From contig OZ241993.1 in NCBI GenBank assembly GCA_965204575.1, forward strand, positions 1,696,001 to 1,760,000: DNA of 64,000 nucleotides, in the 5' to 3' direction. Both the position numbers and the translations under genes were made by a program. This DNA is from an uncultured candidatus Porisulfidus sp. Its GTDB lineage: Bacteria > Pseudomonadota > Gammaproteobacteria > Poriferisulfidales > Poriferisulfidaceae. Positions 10,395 to 19,239 of the stretch are shown here, in pieces (position 1 is the first letter of the stretch; each line of letters begins with the position of its first letter). The notes below the pieces were generated by a model. The model had not been told where the DNA came from. It made no database searches and saw only the letters and a program-made list of their open reading frames with translations.

Positions 10395-10904
10395 TTACAG
10401 AAGAGTTTTAAAGCTAGTTACTTTTGATCTGGAGCGATGTCTTTGTGCCCATTCAATGAGGAGTTGATCCGCATCTTCCAAGGTCATTTGGCCGTTGCGG
10501 ATAAGGCCAACAATTAAGTCTTCTGTCTGGCAAAACCGCAAGCCCTTGCTTCGCCGCTCCCCCTCTGTACGTGCCCTCCTATCCTGAACCCCCGCCACCA
10601 AGTTTCGAGTAATCGCTACTGCAAGAACGGCGCATTCACCAGCATCCAATCGACCGCTGGCGTGCAGATTGGCAAAAAGTTCCACCTCTTTAACATCTGT
10701 TACCCGCTCGAAATCAAAAATGCCTGAACTGATCGCTTTCTGTAGGGCTTTTTTCTGTTCCGGCTGTGTTATTTCTACGAGCACTTGATCAAGAAGTAGG
10801 ACCCGAAATCCAGCATGTCCCAACAGGCCAACACGTCCAACCTTCAAAAAATTCAAAAGTATCGACGTGTCGATTACTACTGTGGGCGGATTCTGCTGTG
10901 GCAC
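10395..10904 (-). CDS. PIN-domain ribonuclease (DUF3368-like toxin)
   Basis: VVIDTSILLNF, V..EI and LDAGE..LAVA...QDRRAR motifs. GTG start at 10904 follows GGAGGAG. Confidence 0.75.
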   Translation of the reverse strand: MPQQNPPTVVIDTSILLNFLKVGRVGLLGHAGFRVLLLDQVLVEITQPEQKKALQKAISSGIFDFERVTDVKEVELFANLHASGRLDAGECAVLAVAITRNLVAGVQDRRARTEGERRSKGLRFCQTEDLIVGLIRNGQMTLEDADQLLIEWAQRHRSRSKVTSFKTLL

Positions 10905-10923
10905 TGCTGACTTAACTCCTCCA

Positions 10924-12168
10924 TCACAACCCCACAGCTTCCGCCAAATCAAGCGTCATTTCATCATCGATGTGAAGCAATCGGCCTATTTCTAGAAGTC
11001 GATTCTGCGAAATTTCCCCACGCCGCCAAGCTTCCAAGGCAAGCGGCAGGATTTGCCATTTCAAATCATGATCTTCATGGTTTTCTGCCGGGGCTTGACT
11101 TTCTTCTCCCTCCAGCATCTCGTTGGTTTGAAGCGCGTCTAAGTAGCATCTGGCCATGTCCGTTTGATCCAGCAGGATTTTCGCTTCATGCGCACTTATG
11201 ATGTTTAGGCCTCGCAATCTCCAAACTGCGGCCGAATAGCTTACTCCGAAATTCCGGCCGAATAAGGCAACATCTGGGTAGGTAATATGTTGCGACCGTG
11301 GCGGCACACGCAGTTCCCCTCGAACAACCTGCTCTTCCACACTATCCATAACCGTCTCTTCGCGACGTGAACTACGGCCCTTGCCAAGTTCGTATATGAA
11401 ATCCCTCGCACCGGCTTCCGGAACCAGAAATGCTGCCGCAAAGGCATTTGCTCGTTGCTCTCTCACATGCTTGGCGTTATGTCGGCTAGTAACGGTAGCC
11501 TGATGAGCCCTATCCATCAGAGCATGTCCATATTCATGAGCATAGGAGAACCGCTGACGCACTGGCGATTGCCCTCCATTGACTAGAATTCCCATACCAA
11601 ACTCTAGGCTCTTCAAGAAAAGCCCAGATACCTCGTCGGATAATTGCAAGGCAGCAGTCCAAATTCCTTGGGACCCAATAAGCTTGGGAATTGAGAATAT
11701 TGGTGCCAAGCCAAGCCCGAGACGCCGCCGTTCCTGGTTGGCCACATCTTGACCCTGTGCAATCGCGAGCCCCGTTGACCGAGGTTCTGGAAGCTCATAA
11801 CGAGGCAACACGCCCATGGAAACTCGGCCAAGTAAATTTACTAGGGAGGCACCCGCAGAAAACAGGCGAATACAGTGTCTGGCCTGTTTCTCCACTGCTT
11901 CATTTTCTAAACTCGGTTCAGCTCGAAATAGAGCAAAGACAGGATCTTCGAGCGGCGCATCTGGATTCACAAACCACTCAACAGAGCGACCATACAATTC
12001 AGCAAGGCGCATTAGTTCTAGCGTGGAAACTTGGCGTTTCCCTGACTCCATCAAACTAATTGCTGAACTCTGGAGTCCGACTCCAGCCGCCACTGCGCTT
12101 TGGGTAAGCCCTCGACTCTCACGGGCGACCCGTAGCCGCTCTCCAAATTGTTTAGTGCTGATTGGCAT
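10924..12168 (-). CDS. XRE HTH fused to an ImmA/IrrE Zn-metallopeptidase
   Basis: N-term XRE HTH (RGLTQ..VA...AISLMESGKR); RQRFSYAHEYGH (HExxH), EQRANAFAAAFL, FGVS. GGAGG precedes the ATG at 12168. Confidence 0.9.
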   Translation of the reverse strand: MPISTKQFGERLRVARESRGLTQSAVAAGVGLQSSAISLMESGKRQVSTLELMRLAELYGRSVEWFVNPDAPLEDPVFALFRAEPSLENEAVEKQARHCIRLFSAGASLVNLLGRVSMGVLPRYELPEPRSTGLAIAQGQDVANQERRRLGLGLAPIFSIPKLIGSQGIWTAALQLSDEVSGLFLKSLEFGMGILVNGGQSPVRQRFSYAHEYGHALMDRAHQATVTSRHNAKHVREQRANAFAAAFLVPEAGARDFIYELGKGRSSRREETVMDSVEEQVVRGELRVPPRSQHITYPDVALFGRNFGVSYSAAVWRLRGLNIISAHEAKILLDQTDMARCYLDALQTNEMLEGEESQAPAENHEDHDLKWQILPLALEAWRRGEISQNRLLEIGRLLHIDDEMTLDLAEAVGL

Positions 12169-12253
12169 GTCCCTACCTCCTCTGAGAAGATTTTCACATC
12201 CCATAGATCAATTTTTCCATACAATGCATGAAATTACAAGTTTTTGGATAAAA

Positions 12254-12282
12254 TTGACATTTTAGATTAGATAATCTAAAAT
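12254..12282 (+). promoter_or_regulatory. Sigma70 promoter overlapped by a palindromic operator
   Basis: TTGACA (12254-59), 17 bp, TAAAAT (12277-82). Perfect inverted repeat ATTTTAGATTA-GA-TAATCTAAAAT at 12259-12282. Confidence 0.75.
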
Positions 12283-12445
12283 TTTTAGCAGCCAATTTCA
12301 AAAATGAAAATGCAACCAATACTCTGGAGAAAAAAAGAAAATGGCAAAAAAAAATGGAATGGATGGATTATTCGGGAGGGCGGCACGCCACCCCAACCTG
12401 CGCATGTGCTAAACACAAATTTAAGTGCAAAAGGAGGTGGTGAAT

Positions 12446-12562
12446 ATGAGAAGAATTAAATGTAGGTGTTTACGGACACGTCGGAGATCCGGACGAAAAG
12501 TTGTTCGTGTACGGTCACATGTTCGGTCTAGGCCGGGCTCAATTTCTAGGCGCTGCCGGTAA
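12446..12562 (+). CDS. 38-aa arginine-rich micropeptide (below the ORF-track cutoff)
   Basis: AAGGAGGT 7 nt before the ATG. Translation MRRIKCRCLRTRRRSGRKVVRVRSHVRSRPGSISRRCR. Confidence 0.6.
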   Translation: MRRIKCRCLRTRRRSGRKVVRVRSHVRSRPGSISRRCR

Positions 12563-12643
12563 GTGGCAGATTTGATTAACCGTGGCGTGCCGCTCCCCGA
12601 AACCGTTTCAATCTCAAACATCTGAAGAAAATTACATCATCCC

Positions 12644-13879
12644 TCAGGTCACTGCCCTTTGCATGGACAACACCACCCGCGTAAACCCTCCGGACACCTC
12701 GAACGAAGGTGCCGGCAGACGGAATTCTTCGACCTGCGCGAGCGCCTTGTCAATTCCGCTGCCGCGGTCCTCGCTGAAACCGAAACGGCGCATCAGGGAA
12801 ACCAGCGCCTCGTTGCGCGACCGCGGAGGCATGTCGACCAGACGGAGTTTATCGAGCAAGGGTTCGCCGGGGTTCGTAATCTCGACCCGGCTGTCGAAAA
12901 TCTCCACCATCGGGCCTGCCCCCGTCACGGTGAAATCCTGATGGATGAGCGCATTCGTGACCAATTCACGTACCGCGAGCGGGGGATACGCGAAGACCGT
13001 CCTGCGCAAGGCTCCCTTGATTACCTCGCGACTCGGCAACAGGTCGTCAATGTGGCCCGTGACCCCGCGAAGCCCCGCCGCATATCCCATGCCGTGGGAC
13101 CGCTCGACCGCGCTTCCGGTTCGGTCGTCCCCCGAATACTGAATCACCCGCATGGACTTCCGCCCGAGCCCGGGGAACTCATTGAGATCCTTGGCAAGGA
13201 GGGTCGCTCCAAGGTTGAGGATGTCCCAGCCCCCCGCATCGCACTGGCGGATCAGGCCGTCTCCGGCCAAGGCATCCATGATGCCGCTGCGGCTTTCCGG
13301 CAGCGGAAGGTCTAACAGGTCGAAATAGACCGGATAGTCGAGCAGGCGGAACACCTCGTCCGGAGCCATGTTCTCCAGACACGTCATGGCCTCGAACCGG
13401 GTCCGGTCGAAGGCGCGCCACAATGCCCTCTCTTTTTCCGGGACATTCCTCAGAGGCTTTGTCGTGCTTCCCACCCGCACGTAGTCCATTCCGTTGAAAC
13501 GCACTGGGTGGCGGGCGGCGCAGGCGATTTCCAAAACGACCAACGGCTTTCCATCAAAATCGATGGGATGGAAGCTGAAGTCGATTTTCGGCTCCAGCAA
13601 TCGGAGCAGCCAAGTCTCCAAAGGTTCATTGCCCTTCTTCGCGTGCTGCGGGGAGAACTTCGTGCCGACCGGCACATGCGTATCATCCTCCACGCCCCAG
13701 ACCACATACCCGTATGGCCGGTCATTCAATGTCGCTGCATTGGCCAGCGCTGAGATGTATTCCCCGATCTCCCTCGGATCGGCCTTGTCGCGCTTGAATT
13801 CCAACCACTCCGTCTCGGGCTGGCGGCACAGCGTTCGTGCAAGGTCGGCGAGATAGGCTGCTGTGCGTTGAGGGCTCAT
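12644..13879 (-). CDS. AlbA_2 + HATPase_c_4 (RecG C-terminal-like) ATP-binding protein, probably C-terminally truncated
   Basis: ETEWLEFK, ISALAN, VWGVED; AVRELVTNALIHQDF, VEITNPG, SRNE, EDRGSGI. Ends abruptly at a composition shift. Confidence 0.8.
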   Translation of the reverse strand: MSPQRTAAYLADLARTLCRQPETEWLEFKRDKADPREIGEYISALANAATLNDRPYGYVVWGVEDDTHVPVGTKFSPQHAKKGNEPLETWLLRLLEPKIDFSFHPIDFDGKPLVVLEIACAARHPVRFNGMDYVRVGSTTKPLRNVPEKERALWRAFDRTRFEAMTCLENMAPDEVFRLLDYPVYFDLLDLPLPESRSGIMDALAGDGLIRQCDAGGWDILNLGATLLAKDLNEFPGLGRKSMRVIQYSGDDRTGSAVERSHGMGYAAGLRGVTGHIDDLLPSREVIKGALRRTVFAYPPLAVRELVTNALIHQDFTVTGAGPMVEIFDSRVEITNPGEPLLDKLRLVDMPPRSRNEALVSLMRRFGFSEDRGSGIDKALAQVEEFRLPAPSFEVSGGFTRVVLSMQRAVT

Positions 13880-14083
13880 GTCGCGATTTCCCCTGAACAT
13901 AAAGAGAATCAGGGTATCCATTGTATAAGCACGACCCGCACGTTTGGCAAACACACAAGCGGAAGCCGCCCTGCACGAGGAGGCAGGATTCCGGTTTCGA
14001 ACACGCACCTGGAATCGGGATGAAGAATCTCCTGCGCGGTTTCAATCAAACAACCATCAAGCAAATATTTTTCTATAAAATCA

Positions 14084-14101
14084 TTATATTTCAATCTATT
14101 A
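14084..14101 (+). repeat. 18-bp direct repeat, copy 1 (contains an IHF-like site)
   Basis: TTATATTTCAATCTATTA, identical to 17132-17149. Confidence 0.7.
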
Positions 14102-14325
14102 TATAATATTCCTTTATTTTTTATCAGAAATAATGGATTTTCTATCAAACAAACTTTAGGGTTCCGGGTTATGGGCAATATGAGAACCCCAACCTTCTGG
14201 AACCGCGAGAGCCCCTCACCCTGTTTTCCACCCTCGTCTCCCATACTCATACTGTGGCGGAAGCCCTGAACCCTGTAAACTAATTGGAACCGCATCGCCT
14301 GATTTTCCGTACTGTAGTTTTCGAG

Positions 14326-16785
14326 ATGGGCAACAAAACACCTCCTCAATCACCTGACCCCCCATCAGACCAGAGCGACGTTCCGGCCATCAGGAAACGT
14401 CTTGCCGAACTCTCTGCCGAGCAGCGCGAACTGGAAGCACAACTCGCCGACCTGACCCGCCGACCATCACGCAAGCATCGTCCTGTCGCTCCCGCCAGAC
14501 AAGTGACCTGTGCGTCTCCCCCGGCCGAAAAAATCACCCTGTTCCGCTCCCTGTTCCGGGGACGGGAAGATGTCTTCCCCAAGTTCTGGATCAACACGAA
14601 AAGCGGGAAGTCAGGCTACTCGCCAGCCTGCGCCAACGAGTGGAAGCCCGGGCTGTGCCGCAAGCCAGCCATCAAATGCGGGGAATGCCCCAACAGCGCC
14701 TTCGCCCCGGTGACCGACGCGACCATCGAGCAGCACCTGCGCGGAAGCAACTCGAAAGACCAGGATTTCATGATGGGCATCTATCCCATGCTGACCGACG
14801 AGACCTGCTGGCTTCTGGTCGCCGACTTCGACGGAGACGCATGGCGCCGCGATGCTTTCGCCTTTCTCGAAACCTGCCAAATGCGGAATATCCCCGCTTC
14901 CCTTGAACGCTCCCGTTCCGGAAGCGGCGGCCATGTTTGGATCTTCTTTTCGGAACCCGTCCCGGCCACCCTGGCCCGCCGCTTCGGAACGCGACTTCTG
15001 GCCGAAACCATGGAACGCAGGCCGGAGGTCGGGTTCGGCTCCTACGACCGCTTCTTCCCCAGTCAGGACACCCTGCCGAATGGAGGATTTGGGAACCTGA
15101 TCGCCCTGCCCCTGCAGAAGCGGCCTAGGCAGGACGGCCACAGCCTGTTCGTGGACGAGAAATTCCAGCCTTATGCGGACCAGTGGGAATACCTGTCTTC
15201 GATACGGCGCCTGACCTTGCAAGAGATAGCTGCCCATCTGGAGGAAACCCAGCCATCGGAGTACCTGCCCGGCCTGCATCTGCCCACGAGCGAGGAAGAC
15301 GAAAAGGGTCCCTGGCTGATTCCTCCGTCCCGGGAAAAGCCCAAGATCCCTATCACTGGCCCTCTCCCGGAAACAATCGACATGGTGCTGGGGAATCAGG
15401 TGTACATTGACCGGAGCGGACTGCCCCCGGCTCTAGCGAACCGGCTCCTTCACCTGGCTGCATTCCAGAATCCAGAGTTCTACCAAGCCCAAGCCGTGCG
15501 CCGCTCCACTTTCGGCATCCCCCGAATCATAGGATGCGCAGAACTGCATTCGCGCCATATCGCCCTTCCCCGCGGCTGCCTTGAGCCGGCCGAATCGCTA
15601 CTGTCCTCGCTGGGCATTCGGGTCGCGTTCAGCGATAAACGCAACCCCGGACGCCCCATATCGGTTTCTTTCCTTGGCGAACTGACGCCGGAACAGCAGG
15701 AAGCAAAAGACGCCCTGCTGCCACATGAAACCGGAGTCTTGGCAGCAACCACCGCTTTCGGCAAAACCGTCGTCGCCTCCTCCATCATCGCTGCCCGAAA
15801 AACGAACACCCTGATTCTTGTTCACCGCCGCCAACTTCTCGACCAGTGGGTCGCGCGACTCCAGACCTTCCTGAACATCTCCGATGGCGAGGTCGGAAAA
15901 ATCGGCGGCGGCAAGCGAAATCCGGGCAGCATCGTGGATGTCGCGATCATCCAAAGCCTGGTACGGAAAGGAGAGGTCGATGATCTCGTCTCGGACTACG
16001 GCCAACTGATCGTCGACGAATGCCACCATCTGGCTGCCGTGAGTTTCGAGTCAGTCGCGCGCCGTTGCAGGGCCCGCTATGTTCTCGGACTGTCCGCCAC
16101 GGTCACACGGAAAGATGGCCACCATCCCATCATCTTTATGCAGTGCGGCCCGGTACGTTATCGCGCGAACGCCCGGAAACAGGCTGCCCGGCTGCCGTTC
16201 AGCCATCGGGTGGATGTCCGGCACACCGGGTTTGTCCCTCCTTTGGAAATGGCTGACGAACCACCACCCATCCAACAGGTCTACGCCACCCTGGCCCAAA
16301 GCGAAAAGCGAAACGACATGATCTTCGATGATATTCTGTCGGCCCTTGAAGCCAAGCGGTCGCCTCTAGTCCTGACCGAGCGGAGGGACCATGCGCTGTA
16401 TCTGGCCACACGACTTGCGCCCTTCGCCCGTAACGTCATTGTCCTGCACGGTGGCATGGGGGTGAAAGCCAGACGGACTACGATGCAGAAGCTGGAAAAC
16501 ATCGGAGACCGGGAAGAGCGATTGCTGATTGCCACAGGTCGCTACATCGGCGAAGGTTTCGATGACGCTCGACTGGATACGCTGTTCCTGACTATGCCGG
16601 TTTCCTGGCGTGGAACACTCGCGCAATACGCCGGTCGCCTGCATCGAATCCATCCGGGTAAACGCGAAGTCGTCATTTACGATTATGTCGATGACGCCAT
16701 GCCCGTGCTGGCCCGCATGAGCGACAGGCGGGCAAAAGGCTACGCCAGTTTGGGCTACTCGGTCAATAATCGTCAGGCATCATAG
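14326..16785 (+). CDS. AEP (TOTE-type) primase-like domain fused to an SF2 DEAD/H helicase
   Basis: LFRGREDV, ADFD, ERSRSG.GGHVWIFF, GNLIALPLQ; ATTAFGKT, DECHH, GLSAT, GEGFD, QYAGRLHR. Confidence 0.85.
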   Translation: MGNKTPPQSPDPPSDQSDVPAIRKRLAELSAEQRELEAQLADLTRRPSRKHRPVAPARQVTCASPPAEKITLFRSLFRGREDVFPKFWINTKSGKSGYSPACANEWKPGLCRKPAIKCGECPNSAFAPVTDATIEQHLRGSNSKDQDFMMGIYPMLTDETCWLLVADFDGDAWRRDAFAFLETCQMRNIPASLERSRSGSGGHVWIFFSEPVPATLARRFGTRLLAETMERRPEVGFGSYDRFFPSQDTLPNGGFGNLIALPLQKRPRQDGHSLFVDEKFQPYADQWEYLSSIRRLTLQEIAAHLEETQPSEYLPGLHLPTSEEDEKGPWLIPPSREKPKIPITGPLPETIDMVLGNQVYIDRSGLPPALANRLLHLAAFQNPEFYQAQAVRRSTFGIPRIIGCAELHSRHIALPRGCLEPAESLLSSLGIRVAFSDKRNPGRPISVSFLGELTPEQQEAKDALLPHETGVLAATTAFGKTVVASSIIAARKTNTLILVHRRQLLDQWVARLQTFLNISDGEVGKIGGGKRNPGSIVDVAIIQSLVRKGEVDDLVSDYGQLIVDECHHLAAVSFESVARRCRARYVLGLSATVTRKDGHHPIIFMQCGPVRYRANARKQAARLPFSHRVDVRHTGFVPPLEMADEPPPIQQVYATLAQSEKRNDMIFDDILSALEAKRSPLVLTERRDHALYLATRLAPFARNVIVLHGGMGVKARRTTMQKLENIGDREERLLIATGRYIGEGFDDARLDTLFLTMPVSWRGTLAQYAGRLHRIHPGKREVVIYDYVDDAMPVLARMSDRRAKGYASLGYSVNNRQAS

Positions 16786-17131
16786 GGATCGGAAATCCCG
16801 CATCAGCAAGGTTGCACACAGTACTCTCTCCGCATCATCACGAAATGCCTTCAAGCGACGCAGCCAGTTTTCCTTGCGGTGACGCCATCCTATTCCTCCC
16901 GCATCTGCAAGTAGATTACGCCGTGCAAGAACAAGTTTATTATGTTGTGGTCATGCAAGTGCATCGCGCGTGCTTGTCGGAGAATGCGAGCAAGCGCATA
17001 TCCTCAGGGCAACCCTAAAGACGTGCATGCGGTTCATCGTGTGCGGTCCGGGGCGAAAGAGCAGCAGTGCTTCCACGTCGGTTCTCTTGACGACACGGCG
17101 GCAATGCTCCCTGCTGATGCCAAAAAATACC

Positions 17132-17149
17132 TTATATTTCAATCTATTA
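17132..17149 (+). repeat. 18-bp direct repeat, copy 2
   Basis: TTATATTTCAATCTATTA, identical to 14084-14101. Confidence 0.7.
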
Positions 17150-17417
17150 GAAAAAATGAAAGTTAAGGGGGGTGAAAAACCAAAGTTTGCGTCTTCAGCT
17201 ATTTGAAATTAAATACATTTCCATGTTCTTTGGATGCCAGATCCAAAGAGGCCAAGAAATCTCACGAAATCTTCCAGAAAGCCAGATATTTATAGCCCGC
17301 CCGGCTACCCGCCATATGAAACTCCCGACTTGAAATCCGCGACCGGGAAACCACGGAGTCTCCACATCACAAATATCCCGAAGCCCCCCCAAGAGCCACC
17401 GCTCCATCCTTGCTAAA

Positions 17418-17864
17418 ATGCGGCATCCAGCCACTGCGCCCCCCATGGAGTTCCTGAAACCCCGCACCCTCAAGGCCCGCCAGAAAACCCTCGCCCTGCT
17501 CCTGCCCTGCCTCACACCCGTTCAGGATGACCTCGGAAATGTCCCGGTTTCGATGCAGCAGGACCCCCGCGTCAACGGTGCCTTGATCGGTTTGACTGAA
17601 CGCGTCTGCGCCTACTTCAAAGTCACCCGGCCAATCCACATCCAGCGTGTAATCGCTACTGTTTTCGAGGAAATCTACCGCCGCGAAGCAACCGCCGTCC
17701 TCACGCAGTGCGACGAACTTCTGGAAGACCCCCAGTCCGAACTGTCCCGAGCGCGCATCAGCATCGGGGAGCTGCAGCCGGAAACTCCAGATCCAAACTG
17801 GGTGAGCGAACTGAACGACTACATCCAGAAAAACTACGAACGCCCCGACATCCTGGTGCTCTGA
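17418..17864 (+). CDS. Hypothetical protein
   Basis: 148-aa ORF with host-like GC3, 11 bp upstream of the next gene. Confidence 0.6.
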   Translation: MRHPATAPPMEFLKPRTLKARQKTLALLLPCLTPVQDDLGNVPVSMQQDPRVNGALIGLTERVCAYFKVTRPIHIQRVIATVFEEIYRREATAVLTQCDELLEDPQSELSRARISIGELQPETPDPNWVSELNDYIQKNYERPDILVL

Positions 17865-17875
17865 ACTTCTGATTC

Positions 17876-19009
17876 ATGGACATCGCCCTGCACCGCTCAG
17901 CCTCCGACATCGAGGAAGACCTGGAATATTACTTCAGCGAACAGCGTGACAAGCACAACCAGATTCGTCCCTCGGATGACATCCGGAGTTTCACCACGGA
18001 TTCCCCGAATTTCACGGCAAATCCTAGTGAAGGCGAAATCGGCAACGTGTTTTATCCCTTTGCGCCATTCTCGCTGGATCGTATCTTCATCGGCATCAGC
18101 TTTCCCCTGTTCTCCAACAATTGGGGCGCCGCCTTCCTGCGCCACCTGCTGGGCCTGATTAAACCCAAAGGCGGCGTTATCCTCCCGGTCTACCCAGAAG
18201 TCCAGGCACGCGACCAAGGTCTGTGGTGTCGCAGTTCCCTAGAAAACATCTTTCGCAGCCGTTCGCGTTTCATCGGCATCAGCAACATCTGGGCGGAAAA
18301 CGACGGCGTCATGTCGATGCGGGTCGGCCGTCGGTGGCCACCTGTCATTCCAAGCACGGCCCGGTGGCTGTTCGAACAGGCACCACGGCGTGCGATGGCC
18401 TTAGGGCTACAAGGCAATACCGAGGCAGTCCGAGAGTTTTGGCAGTCCGAAGTCCAACGCTTCTGGCGTCTCGGCCGCTATCACGCCGTCATTGAACAGA
18501 TCATCCGCAATCAATACGGCCCGCGCCGGCCTGTGCGCTTGGCTGTCTCCGGCGAAGATGCAGGCATTCTCGCGCTTGAATGCCTCTACAGCCCTTATAC
18601 CCGTGTCACCCGGGCTGTTGCCTCCGGCACCAAGGAAGATATTGATGACCTGCAAGCCCTGGACCAAGCCTGTTCAACCCAAGCGCATGGTCCTCTAGAA
18701 CGTCCTGGCTCAACAGATTTCGGAAATTCGCTTGATGTGTTGTGCCTCGCCAACCCTCATGCTCTAAACCCAGACTCGGTCGTGTACCTACTTGCCAAAA
18801 ACGGTACGCTCATCCTGCCCCCCAAATGCGCCGAATTGACCCCGGGCCTTGGCTCGAGGTTCAACGAGCCAGAATATTATTCGGACATCGTCGCGCAGCG
18901 CCTCCACAGCAGCGTCCCGATCTACCATTACTCCGAGCGGATCGAGGAGGAAATCGCCCGGCAAATCGAATCACATCAAGACGCCTTCATGGTTCTGAGC
19001 AAGGCTTAG
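17876..19009 (+). CDS. Hypothetical protein, possibly a degenerate methyltransferase fold
   Basis: 377-aa ORF. LIKPKGGVIL and LLAKNGTLIL resemble MTase LKPGG motifs. Confidence 0.6.
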   Translation: MDIALHRSASDIEEDLEYYFSEQRDKHNQIRPSDDIRSFTTDSPNFTANPSEGEIGNVFYPFAPFSLDRIFIGISFPLFSNNWGAAFLRHLLGLIKPKGGVILPVYPEVQARDQGLWCRSSLENIFRSRSRFIGISNIWAENDGVMSMRVGRRWPPVIPSTARWLFEQAPRRAMALGLQGNTEAVREFWQSEVQRFWRLGRYHAVIEQIIRNQYGPRRPVRLAVSGEDAGILALECLYSPYTRVTRAVASGTKEDIDDLQALDQACSTQAHGPLERPGSTDFGNSLDVLCLANPHALNPDSVVYLLAKNGTLILPPKCAELTPGLGSRFNEPEYYSDIVAQRLHSSVPIYHYSERIEEEIARQIESHQDAFMVLSKA

Positions 19010-19239
19010 AGCCATTGGTAAATTGCTCCCGCGATGAACGCCACACTGACGATCAGGGCTACTGCATTGAACAACACGGGCTTCCAGCCGGCATCCCTCT
19101 TCCCCTGCCGTAGCCGTCCAATCTCATGGATCAGCACGTTCCCGCTGACCAGCGCTGGAAGAACCGCCAGCACGCCGAACAGCGTTATGCCATAGCGATA
19201 GTGCGGTAGGTTGATGATCCAGTCCCAATCCCAATCCAT
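19006..19239 (-). CDS. Small two-TM membrane protein
   Basis: Two hydrophobic stretches (ITLFGVLAVLPALVSG; VLFNAVALIVSVAFIAGAIYQWL). Fills an otherwise empty gap. Start uncertain. Confidence 0.45.
   Translation of the reverse strand: MDWDWDWIINLPHYRYGITLFGVLAVLPALVSGNVLIHEIGRLRQGKRDAGWKPVLFNAVALIVSVAFIAGAIYQWL

Larger units (their letters stand above)
1..17150. mobile_element. Mosaic defence/accessory island (left end lies outside the window)
   Basis: Dense cluster of defence-type domains (DUF4263, DUF262, two AlbA_2, PIN, IrrE, primase-helicase). Most of it is visibly AT-richer than the core genes starting near 17.4 kb. No integrase seen inside the window. Confidence 0.7.

Noticed and set aside
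16900-16970. RelE/ParE toxin C-terminal remnant (VDYAVQEQVYYVVVMQVH)
   Set aside because: Too short and too weak a resemblance to support without a search.
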